Shown here one piece after another: positions 7,540 to 17,043 of a DNA stretch of 41,500 nt; position 1 is the first letter of the stretch, and each line of letters begins with the position of its first letter. The stretch is from a virus, in UHGV virus genome UHGV-0377100; one strand, written 5' to 3'. Position numbers and translations under genes: made by a program. The notes under the pieces were generated by a model. The model ran no database searches and was not told the DNA's origin. It saw only the letters and a program-made list of their open reading frames with translations.

Positions 7540-8343
7540 ATGGCTAGAAAAAGAGATCCACGTCGTGACCAGGCTAAAGAAATTTGGTTAAAGTCAAACG
7601 GCAAAAAGGTTCTTAAAGAATTAGCTAATGAACTAAATGTTTCGGATTCTCAAATAAGGAAATGGAAATCTATAGATAAATGGGCTGATGAATTAAAAGG
7701 TAATGTTACCAATTCAAAAAGTAACGTTACCAATAAAGGTGGAGCGCCGCCTGGGAACAAAAATGCTATAGGTAACAAAGGAAATAAAACTGCCTCACCG
7801 CCAAAAAGAAATAAGAATGCGGTAAAAACAGGCGAATATGAAACAATATTTGCCGATATGTTATCTGACGAAGAAAAGGACATCTATTCTACAATGAATG
7901 ATGATCCTTTTTTTATTTTGGAGGAAGAAATAAGAATCCTAAAAATTCGTCAATATAGAATGCTTAAACGCATCAAAGATGCAGAGGTTGACTTAAACGA
8001 TGAAGAAGTTGAACGTTTGCAGCAGCTTCGGAAAGTCAAAGAGCCATCGGTGATTGATGGAAAAATGGTCACTGTCAAGAGAGAAGTTTTAAAAGATGTG
8101 CAAGTAACTCGTAAAACATTTAGAAAACTAGATGACATTTTGGCTATTGAGGAAGCATTGACAAGAATTAGCAATCAGTTAACAAAGGCTATTAAGCAAC
8201 AGAATGCCTTGCTAGCAAATGATGCCAAATTACAATTATTGAAGGTTCAAACTGAAAAAGTTAAAGCTAGTTTAGATGCTACAAATGGAGACATGGATAT
8301 GCCAGTTTTCATCGATGATATATCAGGTGATGAATATGAGTAA
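7540..8343 (+). CDS. terS: Terminase small subunit with an N-terminal HTH.
   Basis: MARKRDPRRDQAKEIWLKSNGKKVLKELANELNVSDSQIRKWK is a TerS-type HTH. Gly/Asn/Lys-rich linker. Overlaps terL by 8 nt. Confidence 0.7.
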   Translation: MARKRDPRRDQAKEIWLKSNGKKVLKELANELNVSDSQIRKWKSIDKWADELKGNVTNSKSNVTNKGGAPPGNKNAIGNKGNKTASPPKRNKNAVKTGEYETIFADMLSDEEKDIYSTMNDDPFFILEEEIRILKIRQYRMLKRIKDAEVDLNDEEVERLQQLRKVKEPSVIDGKMVTVKREVLKDVQVTRKTFRKLDDILAIEEALTRISNQLTKAIKQQNALLANDAKLQLLKVQTEKVKASLDATNGDMDMPVFIDDISGDEYE

Positions 8344-9634
8344 AAAATTATCTGAATTTCTTCCTAAAGCATTTCATACTACTTGGAAGATAGCATTAAA
8401 CTCAAATATATTACATGTTGTTGAAAAAGGTGGCCGTGGGTCAGGTAAATCATCTGGCATAGCACACATAATCGTTCAATTGATTATGAGATATCCTGTA
8501 AATGCTGTGGCCATTAGATTTGTTGATAATACGATTGAGTTATCTATTTTTGAACAGATTAAGTGGGCTATTGAAGAACAAGGTGTGTCTAAGTATTTTA
8601 AAGTAAATAAAAGTCCTATGAAAATCACCTATAAGCCTAGGGGTAATTATATTGTTTTTCGAGGTGCACAGAATCCAGAAAGGATTAAGTCGTTAAAAGA
8701 TTCAAGATTTCCATTTGCTATAGCTTGGATTGAGGAATTAGCCGAGTTTAAAACTGAAGATGATGTAAAAACCATAACTAACTCATTGCTACGTGGTGAA
8801 TTAGCAGATGGTCTTTTTTATAAATTTTTTTATTCGTACAACCCTCCTAAGCGACGACAATCATGGGTTAATAAGAAATATGAATCTAGCTTCCAACCTG
8901 AGAATACTTTTGTTCATCATTCAACATATAAGGATAATCCATTCATAGCACAAGCATTTATAGAAGAAGTTAATGCCACGAGAGCTAAGAATCCGAAACG
9001 TGCTGAGTGGGAGTATGACGGCAAAGCTATTGGTTCAGGAGTTGTTCCGTTTGATAATTTACGAGTAATAAAAGGTTGTATAACTGATGAAATGGTAGCT
9101 AACTTTGATAATATCAGAAATGGTCTTGACTTCGGTTATGCTACTGATCCGTTAGCGTTCGTTCGATGGCATTATGATAAAAAGAAAAATGGTATCTATG
9201 CTATTGATGAGATATACGGTGTGAAAATTAGTAATAGGGAATTAGCTAAAAAACTACATGAAAAGGGCTATCAAAATGATGAAATTTTTTCTGATTCTGC
9301 TGAGCCCAAAAGTAATGCAGAGTTAGTAAATGAGCATGGTATCAATCATATAAAAGGTGTTAAAAAAGGCCCGGATTCGGTTGAATATGGTGAGCAATGG
9401 CTAGATGACTTAGATTTTATTTGTATCGATCCATTGAGGACTCCAAATATAGCTAAGGAATTTGAAAACATTGATTATCAGACTGATAGAGATGGTAATC
9501 CTAAACCGAGACTAGAAGATAAAGACAATCATACAATTGATGCCACACGTTACGGATTTAACGAAGACATGTGGGCGAAGAAAAAAACTAAAATTAGTAA
9601 AAATCAAAGAAACAAAATAAAAGGAATGTTTTAA
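8336..9634 (+). CDS. terL: Terminase large subunit.
   Basis: Walker A motif VVEKGGRGSGKSSGIAH. ATG at 8336 with an AGGTGA RBS (the ORF-track start at 8276 is an upstream alternative). C-terminal nuclease-like region. Confidence 0.85.
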   Translation: MSKKLSEFLPKAFHTTWKIALNSNILHVVEKGGRGSGKSSGIAHIIVQLIMRYPVNAVAIRFVDNTIELSIFEQIKWAIEEQGVSKYFKVNKSPMKITYKPRGNYIVFRGAQNPERIKSLKDSRFPFAIAWIEELAEFKTEDDVKTITNSLLRGELADGLFYKFFYSYNPPKRRQSWVNKKYESSFQPENTFVHHSTYKDNPFIAQAFIEEVNATRAKNPKRAEWEYDGKAIGSGVVPFDNLRVIKGCITDEMVANFDNIRNGLDFGYATDPLAFVRWHYDKKKNGIYAIDEIYGVKISNRELAKKLHEKGYQNDEIFSDSAEPKSNAELVNEHGINHIKGVKKGPDSVEYGEQWLDDLDFICIDPLRTPNIAKEFENIDYQTDRDGNPKPRLEDKDNHTIDATRYGFNEDMWAKKKTKISKNQRNKIKGMF

Positions 9635-9651
9635 AAAAAGGAGTGTGAAGT

Positions 9652-11190
9652 ATGGAAAATGAAGAAATCCAAAAAGTTAATGAATTTGAACATGGATCGG
9701 ACATCAGCTATTCAAGTGGTGTGAATGAAAATTTTGTTAGCTTTGGCGTAGAATCAAATATTCACTATAGATATAGTTCTGCAGAAGAATTGTTGGATAA
9801 TACTGATGTTTTAGCAAAAATGATTGCGCACCATAATGAACACCAAGTTCCACGTCTACAGGTTTTGGATGATTATTATAAAGCGAAGAATACAAACATC
9901 ATCAAAAATCGTCGCCGTAAGGAAAAAGAAAAAGCAGACCATAGAGCTGCTCATAATTTTGGAAAAGTTCTTGCAACGTTTGATGTTGGATACAATACAG
10001 GCAATCCATTAAAAGTCCAAATTAATAATAAAGCTAGTCAAGAGACCATTGATAATTTCAATCAAGATAATGACATTGACGGATTGAATGGAGAATTGTG
10101 GTTAGATATGGATAAATACGGCCGAGCTTATGAAATCATATATCGAGATGAAGATGACGTTGACTATGTTGATCTATGCAATGTTTTTGAAACGTTTGTT
10201 GTTTATGATACAACGGTCAAGCGTAGACCAATACTTGCTGTTCGTTATCCTAAAACTAAATTTACTATAGATGCAGACAAACAGTATATTCAACCGATAA
10301 TTTACACAAAAGACAAAATCATTACTTACGCTGAAACGACTCTTGCTACGATTAAACTAAGTGATCCAAAAGAGGATTCTCATGATTACAAAGAAGTTCA
10401 GATAACTGAGTTTTCTCCTAATCGTTTTAGAATGGGATTGTATGAAGATATTTTATCTCAAATCGATTTGTATGATGCTGGACAGTCTGACACTGCTAAT
10501 TACATGACGGACTTAAACGATGCGCTATTAGTGATTAGCGGAGACATTGAAGCAGCGGGTCTATCAACCGAAGATGCTATTAAGCAAAAAGAAGCGAACA
10601 TTCTTTTACTTGAATCTGGCACAGATATCAATGGTAACAAGACCTCAGTGAATGCTAGCTACATCTATAAACAATACGATGTAAACGGCGTTGAAGCATA
10701 CAAAGAACGAGTGAGAAAAGGAATACATGAAATATCTATGATTCCAGATTTAACAGATACAAATTTTTCTGGTGTTCAATCAGGAGAAGCAATGAAGTAT
10801 AAAATGTTTGGTTTCAATCAAATGACGGCAGTAAAGCAAAGACTATTTAAAAAAAGTCTTGTGCGGCGCTATCGTCTTTTATTTAATCTGAAATCAAGTG
10901 TTTCTGAGATTGATAACTCCGATTTAAAAGGATTGCGAATTATCTTTACTCCTAATCTTCCGAAAGCAATTCTAGAAGAATTAAAAACATTGATTGACTC
11001 TGGAGCTGAGTTAAGCCAAGAAACAATTTTAGGTCTAGCTTCGTTTGTTGATGATGTTCAAGCTGAATTAGAACGTGTAAAAAATGAAAATAAACCATTA
11101 GATATTACTGATGAAGAAGTAGCCAAAACGAAAGTGAATCAGGCAAAATTTTTAGCTAAACAATCGGAAAAGGAAACCGAGGAGGAATGA
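9652..11190 (+). CDS. Portal protein (SPP1 gp6-like).
   Basis: 512 aa ORF immediately after terL. Size and position are typical of a portal. Confidence 0.75.
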   Translation: MENEEIQKVNEFEHGSDISYSSGVNENFVSFGVESNIHYRYSSAEELLDNTDVLAKMIAHHNEHQVPRLQVLDDYYKAKNTNIIKNRRRKEKEKADHRAAHNFGKVLATFDVGYNTGNPLKVQINNKASQETIDNFNQDNDIDGLNGELWLDMDKYGRAYEIIYRDEDDVDYVDLCNVFETFVVYDTTVKRRPILAVRYPKTKFTIDADKQYIQPIIYTKDKIITYAETTLATIKLSDPKEDSHDYKEVQITEFSPNRFRMGLYEDILSQIDLYDAGQSDTANYMTDLNDALLVISGDIEAAGLSTEDAIKQKEANILLLESGTDINGNKTSVNASYIYKQYDVNGVEAYKERVRKGIHEISMIPDLTDTNFSGVQSGEAMKYKMFGFNQMTAVKQRLFKKSLVRRYRLLFNLKSSVSEIDNSDLKGLRIIFTPNLPKAILEELKTLIDSGAELSQETILGLASFVDDVQAELERVKNENKPLDITDEEVAKTKVNQAKFLAKQSEKETEEE

Positions 11191-11194
11191 TTGA

Positions 11195-12133
11195 ATGTCC
11201 TACTTGAAAAATCGTGAAGAATCTTGGATCAAAGAACAGATGAAGCTAGATCGCAATAGAGAAAAAGAAATTGTTCAACAGCTTCAAAATGCTATTGATG
11301 CGATTCAAACCGAAATTGTAGCTAACTGGGATAGATTTTCCAATGGCCAAAAGATTACGATTAGCGAAGCAAGAAAAATGGCTAATAAGATGGACGTAAA
11401 ACGCTTTGAGAGAAAAGCAAAGGAGTATGTAAAAAATAAAGACTTTAGTCCACAGGCCAATAAAGAATTGAAAATCTATAACTTAGTAATGCGAGTGTCT
11501 AGATTAGAGCTATTAAAGTCTCAAATTGGCTTAGAACTAATCACGTTGTTTGATGAGCTAGATAAGTGGGGATATTCTCAGTTATCTGAAGCAGCAAAAG
11601 ATGAGTATTTAAGACAGGCGGGAATACTAGGCGAAACCGTTAAAGAAAATTATTCGTCTAAGGTTAGAAAAATTGTTAATGCATCATTCAAATCAAGTGA
11701 ATTCCCTTCGTTTAGTGATAACATTTGGCAAAATTTTGTTGAAATGAAAGCTGATTTAGAAAAAATAATCACTCAGGCAATCACTCAAGGTAAAAATCCA
11801 AGAGCAGTAGCAAAAGAGATGGCAAAATTTTTAAAGCCTAACCAATTAAATATAAGATACAAGCTAAATAGGCTAATGATGACTGAAATATCTGGTGTTC
11901 AAACAGATATTCAAAAGCAAAGTTACTTGGATGCAGATATCGAAGAATATGATTACATTGCAGAACCGTTTGCTTGTGAAATATGTAAAAAAGTAGCTAA
12001 GGGTAGTCCTTATAAAGTACTAAAGATGAAAAAAGGAATTAATGCTCCTTATATGCATCCTCATTGTAAGTGCTCTACTGTCCCTAAAGTTAGTGAGGAT
12101 TATGAGAAGTCGCTGAAAGAAAGAGGTTTGTAA
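11195..12133 (+). CDS. Minor head / head morphogenesis protein (SPP1 gp7 / MuF-like).
   Basis: Position after the portal. 312 aa. C-terminal Cys cluster (CEICKK...HPHCKC). Confidence 0.55.
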   Translation: MSYLKNREESWIKEQMKLDRNREKEIVQQLQNAIDAIQTEIVANWDRFSNGQKITISEARKMANKMDVKRFERKAKEYVKNKDFSPQANKELKIYNLVMRVSRLELLKSQIGLELITLFDELDKWGYSQLSEAAKDEYLRQAGILGETVKENYSSKVRKIVNASFKSSEFPSFSDNIWQNFVEMKADLEKIITQAITQGKNPRAVAKEMAKFLKPNQLNIRYKLNRLMMTEISGVQTDIQKQSYLDADIEEYDYIAEPFACEICKKVAKGSPYKVLKMKKGINAPYMHPHCKCSTVPKVSEDYEKSLKERGL

Positions 12134-12403
12134 ATGGATAATCTATATAAATGCAATCAATGTCATAAACACACTCCTTTAATTAGAAAATCTGAAAATA
12201 TCATGAAGGATGTCGAACACCATTATGCTGAATGTGCAAATTGTGGATATAAAGCGACAATTATGTATATGAATACCGAAATCAAGTTATTAATGTATGA
12301 ACAAAGAAAAACAAAATTTGGTACAAAAAAGAAAGGTAAATTGACAGAAAAGCTAAACAGATTAATTTCTGAATTAAGAAAAGAAGTCGAAGAATCACTT
12401 TAA
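12134..12403 (+). CDS. Small zinc-ribbon protein (CxxC...CxxC).
   Basis: CNQCHK ... CANCGY. 89 aa. Confidence 0.45.
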   Translation: MDNLYKCNQCHKHTPLIRKSENIMKDVEHHYAECANCGYKATIMYMNTEIKLLMYEQRKTKFGTKKKGKLTEKLNRLISELRKEVEESL

Positions 12404-12494
12404 AATTATGACAGAAAGGTGTGATTCTATGAATGACGATCCTTAAGATTATTTAGATGCTGATTATGAAGAATATTTAAGAAAAGAGGGTAAA

Positions 12495-12761
12495 ATGATG
12501 GATTCACAAGAATTTATTGATAAATGTAAAGAAATTGTTTCAAATTATGCAAACAAACACTTGGATAAATCAGATCAAAAAGAAATTACAAAAAAAGATG
12601 TTTTTGTAGTTTGGAGTTGTAAAACATTGCAGAATAACAAAGCTCTATTAAGCACTAATTTACTTGATGGTATGTATTATGAATTAACATTAAACGGCGA
12701 CAAGCAAGAGATTTATTTTGATGCATACAAAAAATGGGAAAATAAGGCAATTAAAGTCTAA
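12495..12761 (+). CDS. Hypothetical small protein.
   Basis: 88 aa ORF with an RBS, followed by the terminator at 12755-12780. Confidence 0.45.
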   Translation: MMDSQEFIDKCKEIVSNYANKHLDKSDQKEITKKDVFVVWSCKTLQNNKALLSTNLLDGMYYELTLNGDKQEIYFDAYKKWENKAIKV

Positions 12762-12780
12762 CAAACGTTAGGCTTTTTAT
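12755..12780 (+). terminator. Rho-independent terminator.
   Basis: GTCTAAC-AAAC-GTTAGGC followed by TTTTT. Confidence 0.5.
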
Positions 12781-12883
12781 ATTGCCTTCTTACTGCTTAC
12801 AGGCACTAAAGAGAAAGCTGTTTCGATTGATAGGCGTAACTTATCAAATATATCGGGTAGCGGCGTAACCGTGGAGGATAATC

Positions 12884-13483
12884 ATGAAAACAAAAAAACT
12901 ATTATTGCCAATGCATTTACAATTCTTTGCTGATAATCCAGATACTGGTACTGGAGGTACGGACCAACCGGCCGGAGGTCAAGAGCAAACACCGCCAGTA
13001 GATAGCGGCAAAGATAAAGGTAATGAAAAAACGTTTTCTCGTGGTGAAGTAGCAAAAATGATCGCTGCTGAAGTATCAAAAACAAAAGAAGCTTGGGAAA
13101 AAGAGCAACAAGAAAAACAAGCAGAAGCAGAAAAACTGGCAAAAATGAATGCTCAGGAAAAAGCTGAACATGAAAAGAAACAGCTAGAAGCAAAAATTGC
13201 GGAATTGGAACGTAGTCAAGCATTAGTTTCCATGTCAAAGGAAGCTTCTAAAATGCTTTCAGAGGCTAGTTTGCCGCATGACGATGATTTGCTAGGATTG
13301 ATTGTTTCAGATGATGCAGAAGCTACAAAAAAAGCTGTCGCTATTGTTACGAACTATGTATCAATGATTAAGAAAGAAAATGCTCGCCAAAAAACACCAG
13401 GTGAGGGTGGACAATTTTCAACTGATAAAAAAGAAACCGAATCAGTTGCAGCTCTTGCAGCAAGTAAACGAATTGTAAAATAG
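12884..13483 (+). CDS. Scaffold protein carrying an N-terminal L27-like (Prp) cleavage motif.
   Basis: Coiled-coil Glu/Lys/Ala-rich protein placed before the capsid gene. N-terminus MKTKKLLLPMHLQFFA|DNPD. Confidence 0.7.
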   Translation: MKTKKLLLPMHLQFFADNPDTGTGGTDQPAGGQEQTPPVDSGKDKGNEKTFSRGEVAKMIAAEVSKTKEAWEKEQQEKQAEAEKLAKMNAQEKAEHEKKQLEAKIAELERSQALVSMSKEASKMLSEASLPHDDDLLGLIVSDDAEATKKAVAIVTNYVSMIKKENARQKTPGEGGQFSTDKKETESVAALAASKRIVK

Positions 13484-13495
13484 GAGGAAATATAA

Positions 13496-14428
13496 ATGAA
13501 GAAAAAACAATTAATGAAAATGGATATTCAAATGTTTGCTCAAACATGGAATCCAGACAACGTCACTGTATTAGAGAAAAAAGATGGAACAATTCCAGAT
13601 AAGTACAACACTTTAATTTTAAAAGATGTGATGGAAAATTCTAAGTTAATGCAGTTGGCTAAATATGAAGAAATGGACGGCAAAGAAAAGAAATTCGAAT
13701 ACTTTGCAGAAGGTCCTGGGGCGTACTGGGTTGGTGAAGGCGAAAAAATTAAAACGTCTAAACCTAAATGGTTAAACGTAACGATGACTGCGAAAAAAAT
13801 TGGTGTTATTATCCCAGTTTCTCGGGAATATTTAACTTATAAGATGTCTGATTTCTTTACTCAAATGCAACCAAAAATCGCAGAAGCATTTTATAAGAAA
13901 ATTGATGCGGCTACTATCCTTGATAAAGAAAATCCATTCTCTCAATCTATTGAAAAATCTGTCATTGCAGCTAGTAATGTAATTGAGGGCGACTTGACAT
14001 ATGACAACATTTTAGCATTAGAGGATTTGCTTGGAGAAGGTGAATACGATCCGAATGCTTTCATTTCTAATCGTAAGAATCGTACAGTGCTACGTGAAGC
14101 AAGTAAAAAAATTGGTGACACAACTCAATTTATTTATGATCGTGTCAGCAATACTATTGATGGACTACCTGTAGCAGATCTAAAATCTATGGATAAGGGA
14201 AACCTTTATACTGGTGATTTTGATTACTTGCGCTATGGTATCCCATTTAACATTAATTTCAAAATTTCAGAAGAAGCTCAATTATCTACTTTAACGAATG
14301 AAGACGGTACGCCTGTCAACTTGTACGAACAAGAATTGGTTGCTTTACGAGCTACAATGGATATTGGTTTCATGGTCATCAAAGATGAAGCATTTGCTAA
14401 GATTCAAACAAAAGCTGCGGGGGAGTAA
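13496..14428 (+). CDS. Major capsid protein. A longer form to 14490 is predicted via a -1 shift near the stop.
   Basis: 310 aa ORF after the scaffold gene. N-terminus MKKKQLMKMDIQMFA|QTW carries a Prp-like motif. The -1 frame stays open from 14401 to 14490 and encodes the conserved peptide SPVVGKVTPTTNGATIELT. Confidence 0.75.
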   Translation: MKKKQLMKMDIQMFAQTWNPDNVTVLEKKDGTIPDKYNTLILKDVMENSKLMQLAKYEEMDGKEKKFEYFAEGPGAYWVGEGEKIKTSKPKWLNVTMTAKKIGVIIPVSREYLTYKMSDFFTQMQPKIAEAFYKKIDAATILDKENPFSQSIEKSVIAASNVIEGDLTYDNILALEDLLGEGEYDPNAFISNRKNRTVLREASKKIGDTTQFIYDRVSNTIDGLPVADLKSMDKGNLYTGDFDYLRYGIPFNINFKISEEAQLSTLTNEDGTPVNLYEQELVALRATMDIGFMVIKDEAFAKIQTKAAGE

Positions 14429-14501
14429 CTAGCCCTGTTGTCGGAAAAGTAACACCGACAACAAATGGGGCGACAATCGAACTAACTTAGGTGGTGTTTT
14501 G

Positions 14502-14834
14502 ATGTCAGAGATAGCAAATGATGTAAAAAAATTATTAAATGGCAGTCTTGATGAAAAATTAGAAATCATTGAAAGACGTACAAAAGATCGGCTTCAAAAT
14601 ATATTGAATGTCATTGAGTTACCAAAAAGTTTTGATTCAGTTGTATATGAAGTCACTTTAAAACGATTTAATCGTATTGGCCAAGAAGGAATGCAATCTT
14701 ATTCTCAAGAAGGTTTATCTATGGCATTTCCAGACTCTGATTTTTCTGAATATCAAGATGAGATTGAAGAGTATAAGAATAAGGAAATAGAAGAACTTTA
14801 TAAGCCTAAACGTGGGAGGTTTACATTTTCATGA
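14502..14834 (+). CDS. Head-tail connector (gp6-like).
   Basis: Position and size. ATG at 14502 after an AGGTGGTG RBS. Confidence 0.5.
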   Translation: MSEIANDVKKLLNGSLDEKLEIIERRTKDRLQNILNVIELPKSFDSVVYEVTLKRFNRIGQEGMQSYSQEGLSMAFPDSDFSEYQDEIEEYKNKEIEELYKPKRGRFTFS

Positions 14835-15166
14835 GATATTTAGATGAAATTACCTTTGTAAAAAAATCTTCAGAATCGCATTATGATCCAAATTCAGGTG
14901 AATGGATTGAAGAAGAACCGTTTAGAAAAACTGCTGATGTCAATGTAACTGATATTGGTACAAATCGTTCTATTACTATTTTCGGAAGCATTAAAGAAGG
15001 GGCTAAGGTCATTAGGACACAGCCCCTTTTCGTTATTCCAGAATTTGATTACATTGAGTTTGAGGGTAAAACTTGGGAAGTTATTACAAGTAGAGTTCCT
15101 GCATTAAGAAATAGCTTGATTATTCAGGAAGTGACTATTGATGGCAAGAAGTCAAGTAAGAATTAA
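14831..15166 (+). CDS. Head closure / head-tail adaptor.
   Basis: Overlapping start, 111 aa, position in the module. Confidence 0.5.
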   Translation: MRYLDEITFVKKSSESHYDPNSGEWIEEEPFRKTADVNVTDIGTNRSITIFGSIKEGAKVIRTQPLFVIPEFDYIEFEGKTWEVITSRVPALRNSLIIQEVTIDGKKSSKN

Positions 15167-15521
15167 TGGATTAGCTGGAATTTCTAAAAAACTAAAGAGA
15201 AATGCTCAACTTGATGATGTGAAAAAAGTTGTTAGAAATAACACAGCAGAATTAACCGCCAATATGCAAGCTGAAGCCGGAAAAGTGTTAACTGGACACT
15301 GGGAAGGTAAAAAGTTTGTTAAACCAACTGGGGCAACAAAAAGAAGTATCATTATGAGGCTTTCGAACAATGGTTTTTCTGGGCATACAGGACCAGGAAC
15401 GGAATACGCACCGTATTTAATAAACGGTACGAGATTTATGGTGAAACGTGATTTCTTTTTACCGCCGCTGAAACAACAAAAAGTGAAATTTAGAACGGAC
15501 TTGGAAAGGTTGATGAAATGA
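15138..15521 (+). CDS. Tail component (HK97 gp10-like).
   Basis: Position and size. Confidence 0.45.
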   Translation: MMARSQVRINGLAGISKKLKRNAQLDDVKKVVRNNTAELTANMQAEAGKVLTGHWEGKKFVKPTGATKRSIIMRLSNNGFSGHTGPGTEYAPYLINGTRFMVKRDFFLPPLKQQKVKFRTDLERLMK

Positions 15522-15907
15522 TTAAAACAAGAGATCAATCAATCTTCGATGAAGTGTATAAGAAGTGTCAATCACTGGGTTATGAAACCTACGATTATAA
15601 ACCTATGAATGATGTAGGTTATCCATTTGTCGAATTAGAAGATACTCAGACACTGCACCAAGCCAACAAAACTGATATTAAAGGTTCGGTTACATTGAAT
15701 CTATCTGTATGGGGATTGGCAAAAAAACGTAAACAAATATCGGATATGGCTTCAGCAATTTTTGCTGAGGCTCTATCTATTTCTGAAACGGAAGGTTATT
15801 ATTGGTCGCTCAATATCCAATCAAGCGGTATTCGGTTAGTAGATGACATTTCGACTAACACACCATTGAAGCGGGCAATGATATCTTTAGAATTCAAAAT
15901 ACTATAG
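15518..15907 (+). CDS. Tail completion protein.
   Basis: Position directly before the major tail gene. Confidence 0.45.
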   Translation: MIKTRDQSIFDEVYKKCQSLGYETYDYKPMNDVGYPFVELEDTQTLHQANKTDIKGSVTLNLSVWGLAKKRKQISDMASAIFAEALSISETEGYYWSLNIQSSGIRLVDDISTNTPLKRAMISLEFKIL

Positions 15908-15922
15908 AGAGAAGGAATATAA

Positions 15923-16453
15923 ATGGCTAATGAAGCAAAAGTAGCGGCTAAAGGTATTGATATTATTTTACTTTTCCGTTTGTTAAAAAAATCAAAAGAG
16001 GAAGCAGCATGGAAATTAGCTTTCCAGACAGAACATGAAAATACAAAAACAAAAGATAGTGACTCTGTGACCACTAAAGATGGTCCGATTCGCATCCCAG
16101 GATCATTGGAAATTGATTTTTCGGCAACATCTATTTTATCAGTCGGTGATCCGTATGTTGACCAGCTAGAAGAAGCTTTAGACAATGACGATATTATTGA
16201 AATCTGGGAAATCAACAAAGCAGAAAAAGGCACAGGAGATAATGCTGACAAATACAAGGCAACCTATTACCAAGGATACGTAACATCATTTGGTAAATCG
16301 CCTAATGCTGAAGACACCGTAGAAGTTTCATTAGAATTTGGTATCAATGGTAAAGGTGCAAAAGGATTTGCAACATTAACTGCTGATCAAGAAGAAGTAG
16401 TTCAATATGTCTTCAAAGATACGACTATTGAAACAGATGATCCGGGAAAGTAG
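15923..16453 (+). CDS. Major tail protein. A longer form to 16515 is predicted via -1 frameshift at G GGA AAG (16444-16450).
   Basis: 176 aa ORF before the Ig-like and chaperone genes. The slippery heptamer lies in the last codons. The -1 frame is open from 16441 to 16515 and encodes VDSPVVGNVTPTVDGASIELS. Confidence 0.7.
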   Translation: MANEAKVAAKGIDIILLFRLLKKSKEEAAWKLAFQTEHENTKTKDSDSVTTKDGPIRIPGSLEIDFSATSILSVGDPYVDQLEEALDNDDIIEIWEINKAEKGTGDNADKYKATYYQGYVTSFGKSPNAEDTVEVSLEFGINGKGAKGFATLTADQEEVVQYVFKDTTIETDDPGK

Positions 16454-16533
16454 ATAGCCCTGTTGTGGGTAATGTAACTCCTACAGTCGATGGGGCATCT
16501 ATTGAATTAAGCTAAGAAAGGAAAATTAATATA

Positions 16534-16989
16534 ATGGATACTTTTAAAATTTATAAAGGCCAAACCGAAGTTGTTTCCGGCACATCACCTTTAACTATAA
16601 CAGGAATGGAACCTGACACCTCAGTGCCGGCTGGTGAGTACCAAGTAACTCGTGTTGTTAATGGGAAAGAATCAGAGCGAGTAGATATTCCAGCTTTTAA
16701 AACATTGTCTATTGCTGTAACTGGCTTAGAGTTTTCTCCTAAAACATCAACAGCAGATGCGGGTACTGCAGGTAGCCGACAAATCACAGCAACTGTCTTG
16801 CCTGAAAATGCAACCAACAAAAAAGTAACCTATAAGATTACGCCTGAAACAGAAGGTCTTGCTGTCTCTGAAACAGGAAATATTACTTGGACAGAAGCGG
16901 TACCGGCTGGTGTTTATACCACAACAGGAACAACAGAGGATGGTAAAAAAACAGCTCAACACACCTTAACATTGAATAATCAAGCTTAA
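16534..16989 (+). CDS. Ig-like (Big_2-type) domain protein.
   Basis: Beta-rich, Thr/Gly-rich repeats (TYKITPETEGLAVSETGNITWT). Confidence 0.55.
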   Translation: MDTFKIYKGQTEVVSGTSPLTITGMEPDTSVPAGEYQVTRVVNGKESERVDIPAFKTLSIAVTGLEFSPKTSTADAGTAGSRQITATVLPENATNKKVTYKITPETEGLAVSETGNITWTEAVPAGVYTTTGTTEDGKKTAQHTLTLNNQA

Positions 16990-17001
16990 AATAAAATTTA
17001 G

Positions 17002-17028
17002 AGGGCAGCTTAGCGGCTGTCCTTTTCT
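17002..17028 (+). terminator. Rho-independent terminator.
   Basis: GGGCAGC-TTAGCG-GCTGTCC followed by TTTTCTT. Confidence 0.5.
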
Positions 17029-17043
17029 TATGGAGGAAAAGAC

